Positions 8,516-17,583 of a DNA stretch of 34,444 bases are shown in pieces. Location: assembly GCA_048882485.1 (NCBI GenBank), contig JBHLRP010000024.1, forward strand, positions 13,929 through 48,372, in the 5' to 3' direction. A program made the position numbers and the translations under genes. Within the stretch, counting starts at the first letter, position 1. Each line of letters opens with the position of its first letter. The notes under the pieces were generated by a model. That model worked only from the letters and a program-made list of their open reading frames with translations. It had not been told where the DNA came from and ran no database searches. The DNA is from Candidatus Thorarchaeota archaeon. Its GTDB lineage: Archaea > Asgardarchaeota > Thorarchaeia > Thorarchaeales > Thorarchaeaceae.

Positions 8516-9652
8516 TTATATAGAATCATTCAGGTACTCTCTAATCGCTTCAGCAACGACACAAGCTGTTTCAAAATCTGGTTTCATTAGGTTCTTGGTT
8601 AGGCCAAAACCTAATTTTCGTCCAGTGTCGGCAAATCCCAGTGATCCGCCCATTCCTGGGTGACCGAACTCTTCGCCCGAACCTCCCATAGCTCTGCTCC
8701 AATCATGATTTGCATCACCTCCTAGAAAATAGCCGAGAGATTTGGGCTCTGAAACTCCGTACACCTCGTCTGGGGCATAAGTTTGCAGAGCTCGCATCAC
8801 ATTGACTCGCTCTCTTGAGAGAATTCTTGTGCCATCCAGAACTCCAAAACCAGCGAGCATTGCATAAAGGCGAGCAATGGCACGAGCGTTCATAATGCCG
8901 CCAGCTCCAGGGATAGAAGCCCGGCGTACATCAGATCGGTTAAGGGTGTCAGCGGTGGTGATCTGCGGCGGCGCCACACGCAGAAGCAGGTCGCTTGGCT
9001 CTGGTGACATGTCAGATTGTCTTGGCTCCCGTCTGAGTGGCGCAACACGATCTTCGACAACATCAGGAATTCCAAGATAGAAATCCCTAATTCCAAGAGG
9101 CCAACAGAGCTCATCCTGAGCGAATTGAGCGATTGGTCGACCGTCAACTCGTCGGATGATTTCACCAACTAACCAGCCAAAGGTCCAGAAGTGATAGCCT
9201 GTCTTAGTCCCGGGTGTCCACAATGGCTCATGTTGAGATATAGCTGAGCACATCTTATCCCAATCAGTCATCGTCTCAGGTGTCACTCCGTCCGGCATAT
9301 GCGGAATCCCAGCAGAATGAGTGAGGACGTGACGAACTGTAATCTGGTCCTTCCCGTGGGCCGCAAACTCAGGCCAATAGGATGCCACCGGGGTGTCATA
9401 ATCCACTTGACCACGGTCAGCCAGAATGTGAAGACATGTTGCAGCAAACCCTTTGGTCGTCGACCATGACGTGAAAAGGGTATTACCATTGACCTGCTGC
9501 CTACTGGCCTCATCAGTAATCCCAGCCCATGCATCGACCACTAACTCGCCATCAACATAAGCCGCCACTTGCAGGCTTAGTTCCTCACCTGACTCCACCC
9601 TTTCATCTATGATTTCTTGCACACACGCATTCAACCCCTTCGTCATTGACAT
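8516..9652 (-). CDS. Serine hydrolase, beta-lactamase class C / EstA-like esterase family
   Basis: WSTTK (SxxK), YWPEF, LTHSAG, GYH..TFGWL.GE, FGHPGMGGS. AGGAG RBS precedes ATG 9652. Confidence 0.9.
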   Translation of the reverse strand: MSMTKGLNACVQEIIDERVESGEELSLQVAAYVDGELVVDAWAGITDEASRQQVNGNTLFTSWSTTKGFAATCLHILADRGQVDYDTPVASYWPEFAAHGKDQITVRHVLTHSAGIPHMPDGVTPETMTDWDKMCSAISQHEPLWTPGTKTGYHFWTFGWLVGEIIRRVDGRPIAQFAQDELCWPLGIRDFYLGIPDVVEDRVAPLRREPRQSDMSPEPSDLLLRVAPPQITTADTLNRSDVRRASIPGAGGIMNARAIARLYAMLAGFGVLDGTRILSRERVNVMRALQTYAPDEVYGVSEPKSLGYFLGGDANHDWSRAMGGSGEEFGHPGMGGSLGFADTGRKLGFGLTKNLMKPDFETACVVAEAIREYLNDSI

Positions 9653-9745
9653 CCTACTCCTAAAGCCCATTTTGCGCCATGAGCTATGCAAGAAATTCTG
9701 GAAGATGTGTGTATCTGAAACCCAGTCCCTCGGAAAAGCTAGCGG

Positions 9746-10051
9746 CTACTTTCTCCTCAGGTTCAGGAATTTCCCGTCCTTTACCTGTGCCAAGTATCTC
9801 CGCCCTTGCATCACCCACAGAATCTGATGACCTTCTTGTGCAAGCTTTGCCCATTTGGAGTCCTTGTGTGGGTTCTGTTCGATGTAGGTGTATCCTCCTC
9901 TCTCAACAAGCCGGACCTTACTCTTTGATGTCTGTTTTATTGGATAGACATTTCCATCAATCTCGACAGAGTCTGATCCATCGAAGATGGCTGCGAAGAC
10001 AGTATTAGCTACCCCTTCCAATTTGTCAATCCTTTCCTCTTCACTGGACAT
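9746..10051 (-). CDS. Hypothetical protein (~101 aa)
   Basis: Clean ORF with globular composition that fills the gap between co-oriented genes; ATG 10051 preferred over TTG 10105. Confidence 0.65.
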   Translation of the reverse strand: MSSEEERIDKLEGVANTVFAAIFDGSDSVEIDGNVYPIKQTSKSKVRLVERGGYTYIEQNPHKDSKWAKLAQEGHQILWVMQGRRYLAQVKDGKFLNLRRK

Positions 10052-10184
10052 CTTAGCTCGGGAGAAATAGCATCCATACTGCTTTAGTGTTTCTGAGAGT
10101 GCCAAAAATCTAGATAAAGCTCTGAAACTCAGTTGTTATCTGAGGTTCAACAGTCGGTAGGCTCGACATGGACTCTTAATCTTC

Positions 10185-10820
10185 TCATTCATCCTGATTG
10201 AACCGAGGGAGCAGTCGGCCAGTCCGTTTCATGTACTCGGCGTATTCATCCCCAAACTGCTCAATCATCATTTCCTCCTCACTAGGAATCCTTCGATAAT
10301 TCACCCATATCGAGAATGCAAAGAAGACAAACACAAGCAAATCAGAAGCAATGAGTATCAGGCCTGCAGTATAGACAAAAATCCCGAGATACATCGGATG
10401 TCTCACTCGACTATAGGGACCGCTGGTTATTAGCTTATGATCCTCGTGTAGCTCAAGGGCAATTGACCACTGTGTATCGAGATGCCGATGAACCCAGACC
10501 AAGTAGAAGAGAGGAGGAATTGCTATGGCAATACCCAGCCATTTAACAAGATCCCCCAGCGGCAGTCGTGTCCACACCCACCATGGTGGTGAAAATAGAT
10601 AGAGGATGAGTCCGGCTCCCCCAACTATAGTGATGATAGCTGTGAGAATCATGACACCCCTTCCCATCTCCTGTTCGGCCGTCTTCAGTTTCTCTGCAAC
10701 TCCTACTAGACTGTCATGCGTCTTGGTCTTTCGTCCATAGTATCCTCTAATGATTCCAAGCATAATCCAGAGCGAAACAAACGAGATGCGGAAGAAGATA
10801 TCAAGATCCATCATGAACAC
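10185..10820 (-). CDS. Isoprenylcysteine carboxyl methyltransferase (ICMT/Ste14/PEMT) family membrane methyltransferase
   Basis: HKLITSGPYSRVRHPMYLG and EEEMMIEQFGDEYAEYMKRTGRLLP; multiple TMs; AGGTG RBS. Confidence 0.9.
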   Translation of the reverse strand: MFMMDLDIFFRISFVSLWIMLGIIRGYYGRKTKTHDSLVGVAEKLKTAEQEMGRGVMILTAIITIVGGAGLILYLFSPPWWVWTRLPLGDLVKWLGIAIAIPPLFYLVWVHRHLDTQWSIALELHEDHKLITSGPYSRVRHPMYLGIFVYTAGLILIASDLLVFVFFAFSIWVNYRRIPSEEEMMIEQFGDEYAEYMKRTGRLLPRFNQDE

Positions 10821-10939
10821 CTACAGTATAGAATGTTAGATTAATCTAACTTTATAGTCCTTGTCTCTAATATCCTTCACTTTGTAAGCATCTGGAGATA
10901 GGAAAGGAATTTTACGGGGTTCGGCATTGGTATTTCGAG

Positions 10940-11593
10940 GTGTCGCGTGCTTTGGAGAATTTAGAGAGACTAAGGAATGCCATTGTTGAAGGAGATCCGG
11001 ACGTAGCTGAGGATCTAGCAAAAGGAGTGTTGGAATCAGGAGAAGACGTTCTGAACGCTATCAACGATGCTGTCGTTCCTGGAATTAATCAGGCAGGAGA
11101 ACTGTGGAAACAGAACAAGTATTTCATTTCTGATGTAGTGATGTGTGGAGAGGCCTTCAAATCTGCAATGAACATCCTAGAGAAGGACCAGGATATCCAG
11201 AATCGTGAAAAGATAGGCAAATACTTGATCTGCACTGTTGAAGGAGACATGCATGATCTTGGGAAGTCAATCGTGATGACGATGCTGAAGGGAGCAGGTT
11301 TTGAAGTCATCGACCTCGGCGTCAATGTCCCAATTGCCACATTCATTGAGAAGACGAGGGAACTGAAGCCAGACATTGTGGGCTTGGGAGCATACATGAG
11401 CACAACTGCGTCTACGTTGAAAGACTATGTCCAAGCATTAGAGGACAATGGATTGAGAGATAGCGTGAAGGTGATGATGGGAGGCGTCAGGACCAGCGAG
11501 GAGTATGTCAAGAAACAAGGAGCAGATGCGTGGGGCATAGATGGAATAGAAGCAGCAGAAAAGGCGCTGGAACTACTGGGGGTGCGGGAATGA
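10940..11593 (+). CDS. Corrinoid (B12-binding) methyltransferase cognate protein, MtaC/MtbC/MttC-like
   Basis: Four-helix cap plus EGDMHDLGK (DxHxxG), GFEVIDLG, VMMGG and GADAW motifs; GTG start. Confidence 0.92.
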   Translation: MSRALENLERLRNAIVEGDPDVAEDLAKGVLESGEDVLNAINDAVVPGINQAGELWKQNKYFISDVVMCGEAFKSAMNILEKDQDIQNREKIGKYLICTVEGDMHDLGKSIVMTMLKGAGFEVIDLGVNVPIATFIEKTRELKPDIVGLGAYMSTTASTLKDYVQALEDNGLRDSVKVMMGGVRTSEEYVKKQGADAWGIDGIEAAEKALELLGVRE

Positions 11594-12876
11594 GCTTCAT
11601 TAGACCATCGACTGGAGAGGCGATTAAAGGGCTACTCTATGCCAAGGGGTTACGTTTCATCAATCTGAATCCAGGAGCAAGGTCAGTGGCAGCTATGATG
11701 GGAAAGCCAGACTACGTGCCTGTGGCGACTGCACAGATTCATGTTCATGCAATGACCGTAGCCGAGGCAGATACTGAAAGATTTCATCGCAACGATGGGA
11801 CTTATTGCACAGATGTACAGGTCAACGTTCAGAAATGGTATGGATTCGAGACCCCAATGGGAATGGCTCCAGAGGCCTATAACTATGAGATTGAGGCGTT
11901 GGGTGGAAAACTGATTAGAAGTACAGACCATATGAACACAATAGATCAGAGCGACCCACTGATCAAAAATCCAGAGGACATGGATAAGGTCAAGCTGCCA
12001 ATTGAGAGAGACTGGGGCAGAGTGGAGTTTGTCATTGATAGTATCCGCAGGAATAAAGAAACTTCAGGATATTGCAGCGGGTTCTTCTGCGCGCCTTTCA
12101 GCTTCATCTGCGGGGTTCATTCATATCCCAGAGTCATTCTGAACATCAGAAAGAACCCGGAATTCATTCATGGACTTCTTCAATGGTCTATAGATGACGT
12201 TCTGATACCTTACCTTCAGTTGTTGAAGGAGGAAACGGGAGCCAAGAACTCGATTGGTGCTGATGCATGGGCTGTTATACCAAACATCAGCAAAGAGATT
12301 CTTGACGAGTTTGTCTTCCCATGGAATAAGTACCTGATGCAGCAGGCTAAGAAGAAGGGCTTGGATGCTATGGTTGCGATCTCTGCAGACTATTGTGAAG
12401 ACAATCCTGAGAGATTCGATTCTGATCTAATGAAGTGGTGCTGGTCCCGAATGGGACAAGAGATGATGGGAATGCCATTCCTAATGATGGGGATGGGCAA
12501 ACCAGAACACTGGCCTATGGAAGTGATGCAGGAGTTCGTTGAAGAGAACAAGGCGAAGGGCTCTTGGCCTCCGGTTGCTGCAACCTGCAGTGCCAGCTAC
12601 ATTAGGGATGCATCTCCGTATGAGATAGCTGACTTTGTCAAGAGGGTGATAGATGGGTTGGGCAGAGATGGGCATCTCATGTTCAATGCCATTCAAATCC
12701 CAGCGGACACTCCTCCGATAAACGTCCATTCCTATCTCGAGGCAGTCAGGCTCTATGGGAAATACCCAATAGCCGAGGATTTGAACGAGATTGAGTTCAG
12801 GCCTCCTGAGTTTGAACCTTATAAAGAGTGGTTTGCGCGAGAGGTCGCCGAGGGGAGAGCTACTCCCTACGAGTAG
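11590..12876 (+). CDS. Uroporphyrinogen decarboxylase-fold (MtaA/CmuA superfamily) corrinoid methyltransferase
   Basis: ATGA overlap with the corrinoid gene; YNYEIEALG, CAPFS, NPEFIH.LL, IP..TPP.NV motifs. Confidence 0.8.
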   Translation: MSFIRPSTGEAIKGLLYAKGLRFINLNPGARSVAAMMGKPDYVPVATAQIHVHAMTVAEADTERFHRNDGTYCTDVQVNVQKWYGFETPMGMAPEAYNYEIEALGGKLIRSTDHMNTIDQSDPLIKNPEDMDKVKLPIERDWGRVEFVIDSIRRNKETSGYCSGFFCAPFSFICGVHSYPRVILNIRKNPEFIHGLLQWSIDDVLIPYLQLLKEETGAKNSIGADAWAVIPNISKEILDEFVFPWNKYLMQQAKKKGLDAMVAISADYCEDNPERFDSDLMKWCWSRMGQEMMGMPFLMMGMGKPEHWPMEVMQEFVEENKAKGSWPPVAATCSASYIRDASPYEIADFVKRVIDGLGRDGHLMFNAIQIPADTPPINVHSYLEAVRLYGKYPIAEDLNEIEFRPPEFEPYKEWFAREVAEGRATPYE

Positions 12877-12883
12877 ATATGGC

Positions 12884-13561
12884 TCACATGATGGTTCCGC
12901 TACCAATGCCAGAGGCTTCGTCATCCAATTGACTGGCGATTTCGAGGATTTGTTGCCTTGAAGGATATTGGAGCACTCGAAGGGGAGGCATACTCTCAAT
13001 CAGAAGTGAGTATAGAATGCCTTCACCTGAAATGAATTCGTCCTGCGAGATGGGTACAGTAAAGCGCTCCTGTCTTCGCGCGATCTTTAAGCCCTCCATA
13101 TTGATCTTGTATTCCCATCTCCAAATCACACCCGGAACATCTAGCTTCTGTCTTTCTGCTGGCATTGAATGCAGGTATGCGATGAAAAACAATGTGTTTG
13201 ACCCCCAGTAAGCCACTAGGAAGACTCTCCCTGTTTTCACGACTACATACCTGCCCTTCAAGACCACTTCATCTGGAGAAATCTTCCTGATGATGTCAAG
13301 ACCGTGAAAGAATAGCTTGCTCCCGGCTCCATAGTAAAAGGTGATCACAAAGCCAGAGAGTACTCCAACTACGATGAAGCCAAAAATGCCAAGAGAGGCC
13401 CCCGCAGGAAGGAAGTTGTTAAAGAAGGCAAGAAACAGAAGGAGGAATATTGGAGAGATCAACAAAAGGAGCCCGATACGAACCCTCCTCTTAACCTTGG
13501 CACGCAGCTCCTCCTCTCCAGGAAAGGGCACCGATCCAGGAATCTCATCCACGATTCTCAC
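12884..13561 (-). CDS. Hypothetical membrane protein (2 N-terminal TMs plus soluble domain)
   Basis: Two hydrophobic segments; ORF fills the intergenic space; GTG start uncertain. Confidence 0.65.
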   Translation of the reverse strand: MRIVDEIPGSVPFPGEEELRAKVKRRVRIGLLLLISPIFLLLFLAFFNNFLPAGASLGIFGFIVVGVLSGFVITFYYGAGSKLFFHGLDIIRKISPDEVVLKGRYVVVKTGRVFLVAYWGSNTLFFIAYLHSMPAERQKLDVPGVIWRWEYKINMEGLKIARRQERFTVPISQDEFISGEGILYSLLIESMPPLRVLQYPSRQQILEIASQLDDEASGIGSGTIM

Positions 13562-13766
13562 TCATAATCAATTTCGTATTGAATCAGAAAAGCCTTTGCA
13601 GACAGCCCAGACATTCATGGTATGGCCACTCATGAGCCAGCGCAATACACAAGTATCACTCTCAAAGATGGAAAAATCCCGCCATAAGATGCTTGCCGCT
13701 GCCTGACAAAAAGGATTCGTCATGACTATTACCTTATATACAAGCATCAGGCAAGCCCAAAACGAG

Positions 13767-14159
13767 ATGAATGGCAAATTGAAGATCAAAAGCATGATGA
13801 TTGAAGATGTGGTGACCGTATCTGGAGATATAACCGCCAAGGAAGCGATTGATACGCTTCATCACAAACACATCGGATCCATCATCGTCATCAATGAAGA
13901 ACGCAACTGCGAGGGAATCTTTACGGAACGAGATGCAATCCGAGTCGTAGCTACCGATGTCCCCTTGAATACACCGCTCAAGGAGGTAATGACGATAAAT
14001 CCAAAGACGATTTCGCAAGAAGCAACCTTCGCAATGGCCAAGGATGTCATGCGCTCAAATAGAATCAGGCACTTGCCAGTTACTGACAGCGAAGGGCACC
14101 TTGTTGGGCTTCTCAGTTTCAGAGCGGTACTAGATGAAGTCCATAATATGCACACATAG
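13767..14159 (+). CDS. Stand-alone CBS-pair protein
   Basis: HIGSIIV...GIFTERD and VM...IRHLPV...LVGLLS tandem CBS motifs; start moved to ATG 13767. Confidence 0.9.
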   Translation: MNGKLKIKSMMIEDVVTVSGDITAKEAIDTLHHKHIGSIIVINEERNCEGIFTERDAIRVVATDVPLNTPLKEVMTINPKTISQEATFAMAKDVMRSNRIRHLPVTDSEGHLVGLLSFRAVLDEVHNMHT

Positions 14160-14201
14160 TGAGACTATGAGTCTTTGACATGACCTTGGGAGAATTTAGA
14201 G

Positions 14202-15086
14202 ATGAAGCGCTTCAAAAACAATCCAATCCTAGAACCATTGGCAGGCCATTACTGGGAGAATCGAACAGTGTTCAATGCCGCAGCAATATATGCGGGCGAC
14301 AAGGTCCATATCATCTATCGCGCTATGGGTGATGATAACATGTCGCGCCTTGGATATGCGAACTCAGAAGATGGCTATTCAATCGACGCCCGACAGCCAG
14401 AACCAGCATTCTCACCTGAGAAGCCCTGTGAAAATCTTGGCGTTGAAGATCCTCGAATCACGGCAATAAACAATGAATGTCTGATGACCTATACAGCCTA
14501 CAGAAATAATCCGATAAACGCATATCAGATTTCTCTAACATCTATATCCTTGGAGGATTTATTGGCAGGATGCTGGAACTGGGGAGAGAGATGGTTACCG
14601 TTCAATGGCATTCAGAACAAGAATGCAGTGATCGTCCCTCGGAAGATTGGCGGGCGATACGTGATGTATCACCGAATAGAGCCTCACTTATGTGTGGCGT
14701 ATTCAAACGACCTGAAGCAATGGTGCGATATGAGAGCATTGATGGGGCCTAGACCCGATAAATGGGACAGTCTGAAAGTTGGCTCCGCCTCGCCACCAAT
14801 TGAGATCAATGAGGGATGGCTCTTCCTCTATCACGGTGTGGATTACAACTATGTCTACCGTCTAGGTGTCCTCTTAATCGATAAGGACGACCCCGAGCAT
14901 ATCCTGTATCGCTCAGACGAACCAATACTAGAACCTAGAGAGGAGTATGAAAGATTTGGCAAAGTGCCCAATGTCGTGTTTAGCTGCGGGAGCGTCTTAA
15001 TGGATGACAAGCTTCTTGTCTATTATGGCGGTGCCGATACAGTAGTCTGTGGAGTCGAGTATGAACTGAGCGAACTCCTGCCCTAG
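14202..15086 (+). CDS. Glycoside hydrolase family 130 (beta-mannoside phosphorylase/mannosidase-like)
   Basis: NPIL, VFNAAA, YRA, GVEDPRIT, NKNA, YHR, YHGV, GKVPNVVFSCG, YYGGAD. Confidence 0.9.
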   Translation: MKRFKNNPILEPLAGHYWENRTVFNAAAIYAGDKVHIIYRAMGDDNMSRLGYANSEDGYSIDARQPEPAFSPEKPCENLGVEDPRITAINNECLMTYTAYRNNPINAYQISLTSISLEDLLAGCWNWGERWLPFNGIQNKNAVIVPRKIGGRYVMYHRIEPHLCVAYSNDLKQWCDMRALMGPRPDKWDSLKVGSASPPIEINEGWLFLYHGVDYNYVYRLGVLLIDKDDPEHILYRSDEPILEPREEYERFGKVPNVVFSCGSVLMDDKLLVYYGGADTVVCGVEYELSELLP

Positions 15087-15102
15087 TGTCAGTGAGAAAT
15101 TG

Positions 15103-16149
15103 TCATGGCCTCTTGGTCAATAATTCCATCTCAAGTCGGGCAAGTAGGTAGGAGAGACCTGCCTCAGCTCCTTGGTTCAAGTTCAAGCCGTCAGGTGTAA
15201 TTCCATCATAGCAGCCACCTGTGGTAGGATTGTATACCATCACCTTCATTGAGTTGTTACCCATGAACCAGTCAAAGGCGATATGAGCAATCTTGAGGTA
15301 TTTGTCCTCACCTGTTACCTGAAATGCGGCGGATGCCGCTTCTACCATGCATGATGCTTCAATCGGCTGCTGATCATATAGCGCCATCTGTCCACCCCTT
15401 TTGTACCAAGAGCTATTGCCCACAGGGTGGAACACTCCTTCGATTATAGTATTCTCAACAAGGAACTCGAAGCTCTTCTCAGCGACGCTAAGATAGTCCT
15501 GCTTTCCAGTTGTCTGATAGGCTTTGAAGAGCGCTTGAGGAAGCCTAGGATTGGCATATGTGAGATATGATTCGAACCAGTGCCAGGATGAGGTTGACTC
15601 ATTCCCAAATGCTTCAAGAAGTCGATCCGCAAGATGAACGACGTTGAGTGGAGGATTCTTATCCTTAGGGAATGCTCGAGCATAATTGCAAAGGGCTAGG
15701 ATGGCGAAGGCATGAGTCCGAAGTGAGTTGGACTGTAATGCCCAGTTAAGCCCCTTATCAAAAATCTCTTTTGCTGCCATCCTGAAGTCGGGAGAGACAT
15801 CTACTGTTTGGGAGTAGCCACAAGCCCACAGAACTCGACCTATTGCATCATCTGATCTCTCTTTGTCAAGGAAGTTGCGATTGTATTCCATAAAGGAGTG
15901 AACATGACCATCCTCCTCTTGCGCATGAAGGAGGAAACTAAGATAGGTCCTTGCTAGTTTCAGGGTTACTGTATCTTTATGCAATAAACTGTACTTGAGA
16001 ACTGCCACCAGAGCGCGAGCATTATCATCAGTGGCATACCCCTCCTTTCTATTTGCAATGGAGAATTTTGAATGCTGTAGTATCCCTGTGTCATCTGTTA
16101 AATCCTGCAGCCAAATGCAGTTGATTGAAGGGATCTTGATACAATCCAT
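15103..16149 (-). CDS. Six-hairpin (alpha/alpha)6 glycosidase-like protein associated with GT4
   Basis: LTDDTGILQHS, GYATDDNARAL, WFE.YLTY.N.RLPQAL, YDQQPIEA, GGCYDG, NLNQGAE; this is the domain usually found C-terminal to, or next to, this GT4 subfamily. Confidence 0.75.
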   Translation of the reverse strand: MDCIKIPSINCIWLQDLTDDTGILQHSKFSIANRKEGYATDDNARALVAVLKYSLLHKDTVTLKLARTYLSFLLHAQEEDGHVHSFMEYNRNFLDKERSDDAIGRVLWACGYSQTVDVSPDFRMAAKEIFDKGLNWALQSNSLRTHAFAILALCNYARAFPKDKNPPLNVVHLADRLLEAFGNESTSSWHWFESYLTYANPRLPQALFKAYQTTGKQDYLSVAEKSFEFLVENTIIEGVFHPVGNSSWYKRGGQMALYDQQPIEASCMVEAASAAFQVTGEDKYLKIAHIAFDWFMGNNSMKVMVYNPTTGGCYDGITPDGLNLNQGAEAGLSYLLARLEMELLTKRP

Positions 16150-16157
16150 CCTCCTGC

Positions 16158-17321
16158 CTACTGAGTCATCTCCTCGAACAAGGAAGCATATTGCTCAGCC
16201 ACTTTGGGCCAAGTCATGCTACAACCGTACTGATATGCCCGTTTTTCTATACGATTTCTCTCTTCAGGATTCTCTAGGAGCATTCTAATCCCATTGGTAA
16301 TTGACTGTGGGCTTTTGAATTTGCATAACACTCCGCGCCCCTCAGCCAAGACTTCTTGGGCGTAATAGAATGGAGTTGAAACAATAGCGCGTCCTGCACC
16401 CAAGGCATAGGTGACTGTTCCACTAGAGAGCTGTTCCTTGTGCAGATACGGACAGATATAGACGTCCGTGGCCTGTAGATATGCTATCAATTCATCCTTA
16501 GTCAAGAAGCGGTTGTGGAATCTTACGTTCTTTTCGAGATTCAGCTCCTTCACTAGTCTGATGAGACGGTTCCTATATCTTTCCCCTTCGTGCAATCTGA
16601 CCTGCGGATGGGTCTGTCCTATTATCAGATATAGTATGTCAGGCCGCTCGCTGACGATTTCTGGCAGTGCCTTTATAGCATTCTGGATTCCTTTGTCTCG
16701 ACTAATGAGGCCAAATGTGGACAAGACGGTGCTTCTATCCAAGCCTAAGGCCTTCTTTCCAACCTGACTCGGCACAAATGGCATTGTCGGAAATCCATGG
16801 CGAATGACTCTGACTTTTTCGGGGCTTATGCCATAGTTGTTTCGCAAGATGTCTGCAGCAGTCTTTGTCATGACTACAATGGCAGAGCTTCTCCGTCCGA
16901 TTTCCTTCACCACCTTATTATGCACGTCCCCATTTCCTATTGAACGAATTATCTTTGAGTCAGGAAATAGAGTAGTGTGCATAGTAGTGACACTAGGCCT
17001 CCTAAGCTTCCTTAGAAATGCCAAAAGATATTCTCCCCACACCCCACCAAAAAGGCCAAACTCATGTTGCACATTCACCAGGTCGTAATCCGAGCTATTG
17101 ACATAATCAGCCGCTAGCTCGAAAGATGCCCTGTCATTGCTCTCAATCTGCAATACTACCTCTTTGCCATAGCTATACGATGAGCCGGGATCATTCACAG
17201 CTATTACTCTTGCAGGTTCAGAAACGTGAAGAGCGTCGATACTCTTTATCAGGTCCTCTGTGAAGGTGGCTATTCCGCACTCTCTAGGCAAATAGCTGCT
17301 TACATAGACTATCTTTGGCAT
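16158..17321 (-). CDS. Glycosyltransferase family 4 (GT-B)
   Basis: PRECGIATF, QHEFGLFGG, TFGLI...KGI, GQTHP, SSGTVTYALGAG, STPF.YA.E. Confidence 0.92.
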   Translation of the reverse strand: MPKIVYVSSYLPRECGIATFTEDLIKSIDALHVSEPARVIAVNDPGSSYSYGKEVVLQIESNDRASFELAADYVNSSDYDLVNVQHEFGLFGGVWGEYLLAFLRKLRRPSVTTMHTTLFPDSKIIRSIGNGDVHNKVVKEIGRRSSAIVVMTKTAADILRNNYGISPEKVRVIRHGFPTMPFVPSQVGKKALGLDRSTVLSTFGLISRDKGIQNAIKALPEIVSERPDILYLIIGQTHPQVRLHEGERYRNRLIRLVKELNLEKNVRFHNRFLTKDELIAYLQATDVYICPYLHKEQLSSGTVTYALGAGRAIVSTPFYYAQEVLAEGRGVLCKFKSPQSITNGIRMLLENPEERNRIEKRAYQYGCSMTWPKVAEQYASLFEEMTQ

Positions 17322-17583
17322 GGGTCAATCACTTTCAGACGATAGAACGACCAGCAGATTGGGCAGACGTCCTTGGGTTCCGAGATAAATTTTGTGAAAT
17401 CCCTGTCCAATTTGACTAGAAAATTAACACCCTCCAGTTTCTCCAACACCAAGGTGTGAAGCTTCCTTGGTTGTGGTGCTTCGAACGAGAATACACTACT
17501 GTCTACTGCACTATAATAAAGCATACAATCAAATTGGCTCCCTCTATCTGGTGAGGGGAAAATATCTGCGAAGGGGATACATT

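Noticed and set aside
8516-9652. Antibiotic-resistance beta-lactamase
   Set aside because: Motifs fit the widespread EstA-like esterase branch; resistance cannot be inferred from sequence.
10185-10820. ICMT-like genes (also 24587..25297) as evidence of eukaryote-like CaaX processing
   Set aside because: The family is widespread in prokaryotes, no prenyltransferase is in the window, and no called protein ends in a true CaaX (RCLL, CDAVL and CGATL have Cys at the wrong position).
10940-12876. Pyrrolysine or selenocysteine read-through in the methyltransferase pair
   Set aside because: Both proteins are full length at their stops, and the TAG at 12876 is followed immediately by a convergent gene.
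12481-12999. 172-aa minus-strand ORF
   Set aside because: Overlaps two better-supported genes and has no motifs.
17309-17524. 71-aa minus-strand ORF upstream of GT4
   Set aside because: No recognisable motifs or RBS; more likely the divergent promoter region.
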